Positions 1-7,853 of a DNA stretch of 15,393 bases are shown here, piece after piece. This DNA is from Fibrobacteria bacterium (GTDB lineage Bacteria > Fibrobacterota > Fibrobacteria > UBA11236). The first letter of the stretch is position 1. The number at the start of each line of letters is the position of its first letter. A model generated the notes under the pieces. That model was not told where the DNA came from. It worked only from the letters and a program-made list of their open reading frames with translations, and did no database searches. The position numbers and the translations under genes were made by a program. The stretch lies in NCBI GenBank assembly GCA_043732185.1, contig JAYTHY010000025.1:1-15393 (forward strand), in the 5' to 3' direction.

Positions 1-4
1 ATTG

Positions 5-10
5 TATATT
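5..10 (+). promoter_or_regulatory. Possible -10 element (TATATT) for the tRNA-fMet gene
   Basis: TATATT matches TATAAT at 5 of 6 positions and ends 12 nt before the tRNA 5' end. The -35 region is outside the window. Confidence 0.35.
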
Positions 11-22
11 CTTTTTCATCGG

Positions 23-99
<77 letters not shown>

Positions 100-104
100 T
101 TTTC

Positions 105-140
105 AAAGCACCTAGGGAGACCTAGGTGCTTTTTTTATTT
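105..140 (+). terminator. Rho-independent terminator, probably bidirectional
   Basis: Perfect 12-bp inverted repeat AAAGCACCTAGG (105-116) / CCTAGGTGCTTT (121-132) with a GAGA GNRA loop and a T-rich tail on +. It sits between the tRNA and the stop codon (135-137) of the convergent gene; the minus-strand U-tract is weaker (TTTG). Confidence 0.9.
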
Positions 141-2105
141 CCGGTCCAATTGGCTCATGGCTTCAGGTTGCGTCAGGTATTTCCCATTTATTCTGATTGA
201 TTTGCGGATATACTTTGGCCTTCCTTTGCTCTCTTCCAGAATTTTGCCCAGGTATTCACCCAATATGGATAGGCTCAAAAGATTTATCCCTCCGAAAAAA
301 AGGATGAGGACAATAATGGTAGTGATTCCATGGGGAATTTCCGGCATCAGAATTTTCGAAATAATCCCGAATACAATCGCCAGAAAGGAAATCAGGGTTA
401 ATACCAATCCTGCGTAACTCAGAATTTCCAAAGGCACAAAGGTAAAGCTGAAGATCCCTTTTTTAGCCCACCAAATATTTTTTCGCCAGTTATTGGTGGA
501 TACGCCGAACATGCGTTCCGGTCGGTAGAAGTTTACGCCGGTTTGTTTAAAACCCACCCAGGCGCGCAATCCGCGTAGAAACTGTTCTTTTTCAGGCAAG
601 GCAAGAATGTGTGTGATGACTTTTCGATCCAAAAAAGAAAAATCACCGGCATCCAATGGAATAGTTATGTTCGACAGATTTTTGAACAGCCGGTAGAACT
701 GATGATAAAACCAAATAAGAATGCGGTTTCCCTCGCGTTTATCCCGCACGCCATAGATGACTTCATACCCAAGCTTCCATTGCTGGTAAAACTGGGGAAT
801 GGTTTCTGGCGTGTCTTGTAAATCTCCTTCCAGCCAAATGACCGCGTCTCCAGTAGCAATGCTGGAGCCACTGATTAAGGCTGCCTGAGAGCCGAAATTT
901 CGGGAGTGTTCGATGGCGATCACATGCGAATCTTGCGCGGTGATTTGTTCCAGCACCTCATTCGAATTATCGGGACTGCCATCATTGACAAAGATGATTT
1001 CATAATTCACGCCCAAATCAGTAAACATTTTAGTTAAGCGAGTGTACATGAAGGGTATCGCCTGGCCATCTTTGTAACAGGCGATGACGGCTGACAATTT
1101 TTCCGTTTTTTGCGCAGGAGCAGGAACAAAATCCTTCAGCCATTGTAGCTGTTTTGCCAGACCCTCTTGTAAGAGCGTTTCGGCCTGCCAGTGCAAAGCA
1201 GTTTTCGCCAGGGATGCGTTCCCGTACCAGTCCTTTGAATCCCAGTTGCGATTGGGCATGGTCCCCCAAGTGGGATCGCCGGGTATGGCACATAAATCTT
1301 TTACTGCATCGACTACCTCTTTGAGGGTCGTCTTTATGCCGGAAGCAATATTGATACTGGCGCCTCGGTATTTTTCCATTCCATGAGTCGCGGCTAGAAT
1401 AGTTGCGGCAACGGCATCGTCGATATAAACATAATCATGGGACACTTCTGGGTTAACTAGCGGCGGGTATTGCTTGTTTAGGCCTTTGTTTAAGAGTACC
1501 GGGAACAGTTTTTCCGGGGATTCATAGGGGCCATAAATGGAATAGTAGCGTAAATGGATCACTGGAAGTGTTTTCACTTCACCCAAATACTGGATGTAAT
1601 AGGCTGCCGCAATCTTACTCACGGCATAATCGCTATTGGGTCTTAGCGCATCTGTTTCCAACGGGGCTTGGCTATTCAAGCCGTATTCCGAAGAGGAGCC
1701 GCCTTGGACAAAGGCTGTGAACTTAAACTTTTCGGCAACACCAATGAGATTCACCAATCCCAGCACATTCGTTTGGTAGATCAACTCAGGGTCTTTTTGA
1801 AATTCGAAAGCGCCATACGTGGACAAATTGAAAATGGTACTGAACGAATGCAGGCCGAAAATTTTTTCCAAGGAAGGTTTATCGGTAACATCCGCATGCA
1901 CTATTTTATCCGGACGGATATCGTGAATCCGATAGGGGACACCTGTTTGATGCGTGACGGCGAAACAATCTTCCCGATGAACGGAAATGGCACGGAATAA
2001 ATTGGAGCCAATAAACCCCCCAGCTCCGAAAACGGCGATGGGTCCTTTTAGCTTGGCAATTTCATCGGCTATTCGATAAGCAGGTTTCCTATGGAAGTCG
2101 TTCAC
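135..2105 (-). CDS. Fusion: N-terminal NAD(P)-dependent nucleotide-sugar epimerase/reductase (extended SDR) plus C-terminal GT2 GtrB/ArnC-like polyprenol-phosphate glycosyltransferase with two transmembrane helices
   Basis: N-half has GAGGFIGS (GxxGxxG), GSSSEYG, YAVSK (YxxxK) and YSIYGP. After a PAPAQK linker the C-half has YEIIFVNDGSPD, SRNFGSQAA, EGDLQDTPE, AGDF, FLRGLRAWVGF, two hydrophobic helices and GEYLGKILEESKGRPKYI, typical of the GtrB family. The GTG start overlaps the upstream TGA (GTGA). Confidence 0.9.
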   Translation of the reverse strand: MNDFHRKPAYRIADEIAKLKGPIAVFGAGGFIGSNLFRAISVHREDCFAVTHQTGVPYRIHDIRPDKIVHADVTDKPSLEKIFGLHSFSTIFNLSTYGAFEFQKDPELIYQTNVLGLVNLIGVAEKFKFTAFVQGGSSSEYGLNSQAPLETDALRPNSDYAVSKIAAAYYIQYLGEVKTLPVIHLRYYSIYGPYESPEKLFPVLLNKGLNKQYPPLVNPEVSHDYVYIDDAVAATILAATHGMEKYRGASINIASGIKTTLKEVVDAVKDLCAIPGDPTWGTMPNRNWDSKDWYGNASLAKTALHWQAETLLQEGLAKQLQWLKDFVPAPAQKTEKLSAVIACYKDGQAIPFMYTRLTKMFTDLGVNYEIIFVNDGSPDNSNEVLEQITAQDSHVIAIEHSRNFGSQAALISGSSIATGDAVIWLEGDLQDTPETIPQFYQQWKLGYEVIYGVRDKREGNRILIWFYHQFYRLFKNLSNITIPLDAGDFSFLDRKVITHILALPEKEQFLRGLRAWVGFKQTGVNFYRPERMFGVSTNNWRKNIWWAKKGIFSFTFVPLEILSYAGLVLTLISFLAIVFGIISKILMPEIPHGITTIIVLILFFGGINLLSLSILGEYLGKILEESKGRPKYIRKSIRINGKYLTQPEAMSQLDRK

Positions 2106-3838
2106 GTGGATTCCATTCCGGCCGGTTTGACAAAGGGTTCCATTTCCGTAATGGGATTCCCGTAACTCATTTTGGGGTACACGTTGGTATGTGGGTCAAT
2201 CATGACTTGCAATAAAAATGGTTCGTCTACATTTTCCCACATTTTTTTGAGCCCTGTCTCTACATCCTTATTGTCTTTTATTGTAAACGAATGGATGGTA
2301 TAGGCTTTGGCTATGGCTTCAAAATCGGGAGCGCTATACCCCCAAAATGTGCTTTGGTATCGACTTTGAAAGTAGGTGTCTTGAAATTGACGGATCATAC
2401 CCAAACAACGGTTGTTCAGCACCACCATTTTAATTGGCAACTTATTTCTCACTACGGTTTGCAGCTCCTGGATATTGAGCTGAAATCCACCGTCACCTGC
2501 TAGGACAACCAAGGGCGTTTTTTTATTGGCCAGACAAACGCCAATCGCAGCAGGTAAGGCAAAGCCCATGGCTCCCATACCACCCGAGGTCACAAAGGTT
2601 TGCGAGCCTGATAATTCTAGGGATTGCGCCGCCCACATTTGATGGCTGCCCACATCTGCCAAGTAACCTTTGGCCCGTAAAGACACCTTGGCCAGTTGAT
2701 GGATGAATATGTTTGGATTTATGCCTTGGATTCGATTCTTTAACTCGTCCGTATCCAGCCATTTTAATTTCAATTCGGAAAGTTCATCCAGCCATGGTTG
2801 ATAGGAATTAGGAGCAATTTTATCATGGATAAAAAAGTCATTCGCCGCAACTAGGAAATCTTGAAGGTCGGCCTGTACCGCTTCGCACCCGTCTAGGCGA
2901 TTGTTGATTTCCCCTGCCTCGCAGTCAACATGGTAAATAGTTCGGGAACCTTTAAAATCTTTGGTATTGACTCCCGTTTGGCGGATATCCAAGCGACTTC
3001 CTAGGACAAGGATCAAATCGCTTTGACCGATAGCCATGTTGGCCCAACGATTGCCATAACTACCGATGAAGCCGATGCGCTGGGGGTGATTGTATTCAAG
3101 CACATCCAAACCCAGTAGGGACGTTACGACCGGAATGCAAGTGGATTCCACCAAGGATTTGAAGAGATCCACGCAGTCGCCAGCTCTGACGCCTCGGCCC
3201 GCCAGTATTAATGGTCTACGGCTTTTTAATAAGGCAGCCTGCAATTTTGAAAAAAAGGTCGTACTTAACGGAGTGATGGTCTTTTTAAGGCGGTGCAGGA
3301 CCAGAATTTCACCGGGATCAACTTCTGCTCTTTGCATATCCATGGGAATGTCAATGAGCACCGGTCCAGGACGGCCGCTTATAGCCAAGGTGTAGGCTTC
3401 CGCCATAACCGTCGGCAACTGGTCGACGGAGGTGATGCGGTAGGCCTTTTTTACAATTGGAGTGGCCATGGCCACGATATCCGTTTCCTGAAAACCCAAT
3501 TGACGGATGTCTTTTTGGCCGCGCTGTTCGTTGGGATTCACCTGACCGGTTATAAACAAGCCCGGCGAAGAATCGAAATAGCAACTGCCAATTCCGGTCA
3601 GTAAATTCGTGGCTCCGGGGCCACTTGTGGCCAGGGCTATACCAGGTTTATTTGAAATTCTTCCATAGCCATCGGCTGCAAAAGCGGCACCCTGTTCGTG
3701 GTGCATGGTGATAATTTCAATTCCTTTGATTTCAGCGATGGAATCGAGGATATGGGTAATCATACCCCCGGACAGCTCAAATACATGGGTGATCCCTTGG
3801 GTTTTTAGAAAGGCGGCAATAAAGGCGGAAGCCTTCAT
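2102..3838 (-). CDS. ThDP-dependent acetolactate-synthase-like carboligase, YerE-like (branched-chain sugar synthesis)
   Basis: MHHEQGAAFAADG (catalytic Glu), TSGPGATN, GRPGPVLIDIP, LGSRLDIRQTG and the ThDP motif GDGG...NN. It is embedded between two nucleotide-sugar genes with no ilvN/ilvH small subunit beside it. The N-terminus MKAS...FELSGGMITHILDSI resembles Yersinia YerE as I recall it (not aligned). Fold is certain; the YerE function is inferred. Confidence 0.85.
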   Translation of the reverse strand: MKASAFIAAFLKTQGITHVFELSGGMITHILDSIAEIKGIEIITMHHEQGAAFAADGYGRISNKPGIALATSGPGATNLLTGIGSCYFDSSPGLFITGQVNPNEQRGQKDIRQLGFQETDIVAMATPIVKKAYRITSVDQLPTVMAEAYTLAISGRPGPVLIDIPMDMQRAEVDPGEILVLHRLKKTITPLSTTFFSKLQAALLKSRRPLILAGRGVRAGDCVDLFKSLVESTCIPVVTSLLGLDVLEYNHPQRIGFIGSYGNRWANMAIGQSDLILVLGSRLDIRQTGVNTKDFKGSRTIYHVDCEAGEINNRLDGCEAVQADLQDFLVAANDFFIHDKIAPNSYQPWLDELSELKLKWLDTDELKNRIQGINPNIFIHQLAKVSLRAKGYLADVGSHQMWAAQSLELSGSQTFVTSGGMGAMGFALPAAIGVCLANKKTPLVVLAGDGGFQLNIQELQTVVRNKLPIKMVVLNNRCLGMIRQFQDTYFQSRYQSTFWGYSAPDFEAIAKAYTIHSFTIKDNKDVETGLKKMWENVDEPFLLQVMIDPHTNVYPKMSYGNPITEMEPFVKPAGMEST

Positions 3839-3840
3839 GA

Positions 3841-5151
3841 TTATTTATCGGCCCACTTTTGCAGGACGGATTCAATGTATGCAAAGGTATCGTCGGTATA
3901 ATGCGGGGCGGCGCCGATGAAGAAAACTTCTTCAATCACACGATTGGCATTGGGATATTTTTTATAATCATCCAAAAATTTGTACGCGGGGTGTTGCAGT
4001 ATATTTCCGGCAAAATAATTTCTCGTTTGAATCCGATTGGCTTCCAAAAATTGCACTAAATCGCCTTTCAAATTTTTATTGGCACAAATAAATGGGGTGC
4101 CAAACCAGGATGTATGCGCCTTTTCACGCTCTTTTAAAGTTCGAATGCCCGGTACAAATTTTTCAAAAAGCGCGTCCAAGGATTTTTTACTGTTTCTTCT
4201 TTTTTTGTGAATGTCATCGTACTTAGCTAGTTGAGCTAAGCCAATCGCACCTTGCAAATCCAGAGGCTTGAGGTTGTATCCCATTTCCGTGAAGAAATAT
4301 TTGTGGTCGATAATTGCATCGCTGCCTTCCATCCATTTGTCAAAACGGTTTCCGCACGTTCCGCAGGGTAAGATATTCGCTGCGCCCACGCAGTAGCAAT
4401 CTCGTCCCCACCAGGCGATTTTTCGGGCCGTTTTAATGAGATCTTTATTTTGAGAGGAAACCATTCCCCCTTCTCCGGTGGTAATGTGGTGGGCAGGATA
4501 AAAGGAACAGGAGCTCGCGACACTAAAATCGGTAAGCAATTGATTGTCCCAACGGCTCCCTAAACTGTCACAATTATCCAGGATAAGTTTAATATTGTGT
4601 TTGTTGCAGATGGAGAGAATCGTATCCATGTCCGGCGCATTGCCTAAGACAGGCGAAACGACAATACCTTTCGTTCTTGCTGTGATTTTCCCTTCTAGCA
4701 AGGTTAAATCAAAATTTAAATCGTCCATGGTGATGTCGATGAACACAGGTACCAAACGATTTTGATAGATAGGGGCAATGGTAGTAGGAAATCCAACAGG
4801 AGAAACAATCAACTCATCGCCATCATTCCATTTGAAATAGCTTTTCAAAGCGGCAAACATGACAAGGTTTGCCGAACTTCCTGAGTTGACCATCAGAGAA
4901 TCGGCATGATTGAATTTTTGGGAGAACTGCCCTTCAAACCGATGGATATGCTCGCCGGCCGAAAGCCATTTACCGGTCAGGATTGCCGAAAACATGCCAA
5001 TGACTTCTTCATTATCCCAATAAGGACCGGAGTAATAGACCCAATCTTTTTCGGTGTCGAATTTTCTGTCTTTATTGTAAACGAACTTGAAAACCTGGTT
5101 TTCTTTGGCCACATCCTTGATAAGCTGGGTGATTTGATCTTTCACAGGCAT
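3841..5151 (-). CDS. rfbH: NDP-4-keto-6-deoxyglucose 3-dehydratase (RfbH/DdhC/AscC, E1-type; DegT/DnrJ/EryC1/StrS fold)
   Basis: VNSGSSANL, DNCDSLG and SFYPAHHITTGEGG, with His in place of the Schiff-base Lys of the aminotransferases. It has the E1 iron-sulfur signature WGRDCYC...CGTC...DHKY...GYNLK, and QTRNYFAGNILQHPAY near the C-terminus. Confidence 0.88.
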   Translation of the reverse strand: MPVKDQITQLIKDVAKENQVFKFVYNKDRKFDTEKDWVYYSGPYWDNEEVIGMFSAILTGKWLSAGEHIHRFEGQFSQKFNHADSLMVNSGSSANLVMFAALKSYFKWNDGDELIVSPVGFPTTIAPIYQNRLVPVFIDITMDDLNFDLTLLEGKITARTKGIVVSPVLGNAPDMDTILSICNKHNIKLILDNCDSLGSRWDNQLLTDFSVASSCSFYPAHHITTGEGGMVSSQNKDLIKTARKIAWWGRDCYCVGAANILPCGTCGNRFDKWMEGSDAIIDHKYFFTEMGYNLKPLDLQGAIGLAQLAKYDDIHKKRRNSKKSLDALFEKFVPGIRTLKEREKAHTSWFGTPFICANKNLKGDLVQFLEANRIQTRNYFAGNILQHPAYKFLDDYKKYPNANRVIEEVFFIGAAPHYTDDTFAYIESVLQKWADK

Positions 5152-5265
5152 GGCTTTGCTGACCGTATCTTTTTTACATCAGACTATCCCTAATCTGAAT
5201 CAGCAAATCAAGGAATAATTTCTTAGGAGGGAATATTTTTAGCCCGTAGTCCAGGCTGTTTCAAG

Positions 5266-7230
5266 TTAGGGATGTACCCCAAGTCCGCCTAATGCCTGGC
5301 TGAGACCCAATCGGGCTTCTTCCAGTTGCGGATCAATGGTCAATGCGCGGGAATAGAAGTTGATTGCGTCAGGCACATTTCCTTGTAACTGGGCGCGCTT
5401 CCCTAATTCCAAGAGAGACCGAGCCTCCTCTGATTGGCCATGATGCTTCCGAAGCGACGCCAATTTAGCGTTGGCTTCCATATCGGTGGGATCGATTTGC
5501 AATATTTTCATGAATTCAATCTCAGCCGCTTGATTGGAATCCAAACGGAGCAATGCCGCGGCCAAATATTGATGCGAGAGAAGATTATTACTGTCCAAAC
5601 GAATCGCCCTGCGGTAGTGCAAAAGGGCTTCTTGGCCTTGACCATGACGCTCTCGGGCTGCGCCCACAAAAAGTGAACTCCAGATGGCTTCCAGGCCCTC
5701 GGAGTCTACCGTCAAAGCTCTTTCTGCAATGCGCGCAGCATCTTCATGTTTGCCCGCCCAGTTGATCACTTTAGCCAGGTTGTGCAGTCCCTCGCCTCGT
5801 TCATGAGAGCCCATGGTTGCCAAAACTTTATTCGTAACTGTTTTTACTTGGGTATCTCCAAAGTCCGGAGCTTTTTTAACCACACCGAGGGCTGCCAGTT
5901 TATCAAGGATGGAAAGGGCTATCAGTTGATAATTTTCTATGGAAAGATGTACATGATCCACAAAGTTCGGTTCACCCAGAATATCATTTCCGGAATCGCG
6001 AACAGTCTTTTCCTCCAAGATTCGTGTAATGTCGACTGCCTGAGCGGCGTGTTCCCGTGCTACTTTCAAAACGATGTCTCGCATGGCGGGAAGCGCGCGC
6101 AAAGGACAAATATCCTCGTCTAACGCTCGTCGAAAGTGCTGTTTGGCTTCCTGGTTCTGGTGAGAACTCCAGGCGGCTTGTCCTGCCGCGTATGCGATTG
6201 AGGCGTTTCTACCATCGAGGGAGAGGGCGGAATCGAAATACATCAGGGCTTGATCTGGTCTATCGGCTAAGGCTAAAGCATGAGCCTGGGACAGCCATGC
6301 TGTCACTTTGTTTTGCATTTCGGGCGTTAATCCCGGGGTCGCTTCGCTTTTAAATGGAGAACAGTCTTTTTCATTTCCAGGGGTAGTCATAAAAATAACT
6401 TCGGCACCCACGGAATGCGCCAATTCCGCCATGCGACCCAAAGAAATCTGGTAATGTTCCAAAATGTTCTGTCGCAAGGTGTCATCACGTCGGTAAGAGG
6501 TGGGGCCGATGGTATTGGCCAGTATATCGTTCACTTCCCCTTCAAGCCTGTAGCCATTCGTCTTGACGGCAGATTTTTCTTGCGATGAACTAGATGGATT
6601 CTTCTGGCTTTGGACAGAGCGAATCAGTCTTTTTAATGCCGAGTAAGTGCGGGTATGATCGAGCCGGGCGCTCAAATTGCGGATGAAAGCAGGAATGCCG
6701 ACTGTTTTACGGTAGGTGCGTTCTTCCAAGAATTCATTGTGGCCGCTGTAGACTAGAAAAAGATCCGGTTGATACTGGATCAATTCAGCGATGAGTACGG
6801 CTTCCCGATAACTCGCGTAACTGATGCCACCGGCATTGATGACTTCCCAAGGATGGCGGTTATCCGCCGCAGGAAGGAGTTCACGCAGCCAGCCACTAAA
6901 GGAAACGGGATCACGCCAAGGATGTCCATAGGCCGTTGAGCCGCCGACGCTAAAAATGCGGTAGGTGCCGGGAGCTTTTTTGCGCGGAAATTTCTGTGCA
7001 TTAAAATGCGTTAACTTGACCGGATTTGTGACCATGAAAATTTGGCCATCCGGCTCAGTTTCCTCAACAAATAGAGGCTGAGAATTGGAATATCCCACAT
7101 AGGGGTCTTCGGTGAGTGCCAGGGGCTGAACGCCTGCCATCCAAAGTACGCCTTCGCATAAAAGAAAAAATAGGGTCGGAGCTACAACGGCCAGTCCTAA
7201 ATTTCCTAAAAGGTTGCTCTTGATCCGCAT
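5266..7230 (-). CDS. Membrane-anchored SGNH/GDSL-hydrolase-like protein with TPR repeats
   Basis: N-terminal hydrophobic helix (LGLAVVAPTLFFLLCEGVLWMAGV). SGNH blocks are FSVGGSTAYG (I), VINAGGISY (II), YSGHNE (III) and FVDHVH (V). TPR-like helical pairs lie between blocks III and V and across the C-terminal region (e.g. ALLHYRRAIRLDSNN, AINFYSRALTIDPQ). Confidence 0.8.
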   Translation of the reverse strand: MRIKSNLLGNLGLAVVAPTLFFLLCEGVLWMAGVQPLALTEDPYVGYSNSQPLFVEETEPDGQIFMVTNPVKLTHFNAQKFPRKKAPGTYRIFSVGGSTAYGHPWRDPVSFSGWLRELLPAADNRHPWEVINAGGISYASYREAVLIAELIQYQPDLFLVYSGHNEFLEERTYRKTVGIPAFIRNLSARLDHTRTYSALKRLIRSVQSQKNPSSSSQEKSAVKTNGYRLEGEVNDILANTIGPTSYRRDDTLRQNILEHYQISLGRMAELAHSVGAEVIFMTTPGNEKDCSPFKSEATPGLTPEMQNKVTAWLSQAHALALADRPDQALMYFDSALSLDGRNASIAYAAGQAAWSSHQNQEAKQHFRRALDEDICPLRALPAMRDIVLKVAREHAAQAVDITRILEEKTVRDSGNDILGEPNFVDHVHLSIENYQLIALSILDKLAALGVVKKAPDFGDTQVKTVTNKVLATMGSHERGEGLHNLAKVINWAGKHEDAARIAERALTVDSEGLEAIWSSLFVGAARERHGQGQEALLHYRRAIRLDSNNLLSHQYLAAALLRLDSNQAAEIEFMKILQIDPTDMEANAKLASLRKHHGQSEEARSLLELGKRAQLQGNVPDAINFYSRALTIDPQLEEARLGLSQALGGLGVHP

Positions 7231-7297
7231 GGTGGTGGCTTAAAATGCCTAATAGAGGCTGCCTAGTCAATTCAAAAAAAGTAACTTTCCTATAATC

Positions 7298-7849
7298 ATG
7301 GAAGTACAGCAAACGGCATTAGACGGTGTTTTAATATTACGGCCGCGAATTTTTAAAGACGGCCGCGGATGGTTTCAAGAATCCTATAATAGGGATGCGT
7401 TCTTGGCTGCGGGAATTACCGAGACCTTTGTGCAAGACAATCATAGTCGGTCCGTCCAACACACCTTACGAGGCCTACATTTTCAAACGCAACCTGGGCA
7501 GGCCAAATTAATTCGGTGTAGCTTAGGCAGAATTTGGGATGTGGCCGTAGATATTCGCCCGCAATCGCGCACCTATGGTGAGTTCTTTGGCATGGAAATT
7601 TCGGCTGAGGATGCCGTGCAAATCTTGATTCCGGTGGGATTCGCGCATGGGTTTATGGTTCTATCCGAATGGGCGGAAGTGCAGTACAAATGTTCCAATG
7701 TATACAATGGGGCAACCGAATCAGGTATCCAATGGGATGATGCAGAATTGAAGGTGGCGTGGCCATTGGGCTCCGCGTTGCCGCTGTTATCGGAGCGGGA
7801 CAAGAAAAATCCAAGTTTTGCCGAACATCGAGCGAAACTCGTCTCTTAA
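7298..7849 (+). CDS. rfbC: dTDP-4-dehydrorhamnose 3,5-epimerase (RmlC/RfbC cupin family)
   Basis: FKDGRGWFQESYN, FVQDNHSRS, TLRGLHFQ, QAKLIRC, DVAVDIR, IPVGFAHGF, YKC and LSERD are all conserved RmlC segments. Confidence 0.93.
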   Translation: MEVQQTALDGVLILRPRIFKDGRGWFQESYNRDAFLAAGITETFVQDNHSRSVQHTLRGLHFQTQPGQAKLIRCSLGRIWDVAVDIRPQSRTYGEFFGMEISAEDAVQILIPVGFAHGFMVLSEWAEVQYKCSNVYNGATESGIQWDDAELKVAWPLGSALPLLSERDKKNPSFAEHRAKLVS

Positions 7850-7853
7850 ATTT

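Noticed and set aside
2102..3838. Calling the ThDP enzyme housekeeping ilvB/ilvI
   Set aside because: No regulatory small subunit or other ilv/leu gene is adjacent, and it is coupled to nucleotide-sugar genes on both sides.
3841..5151. Calling this a DegT-type sugar aminotransferase
   Set aside because: His replaces the Schiff-base Lys and the iron-sulfur Cys motif is present, both pointing to an E1-type dehydratase.
7228..7239. Kozak-like GCCACCACCATG at the start of the SGNH-TPR gene
   Set aside because: The context is plainly bacterial (operons, tRNA-fMet, two-component system), so this is treated as coincidence.
7291..7296. Perfect TATAAT before rmlC as its -10 element
   Set aside because: It ends 1 nt before the ATG, so a transcript from it would start inside the CDS, and no correctly spaced -35 is evident.
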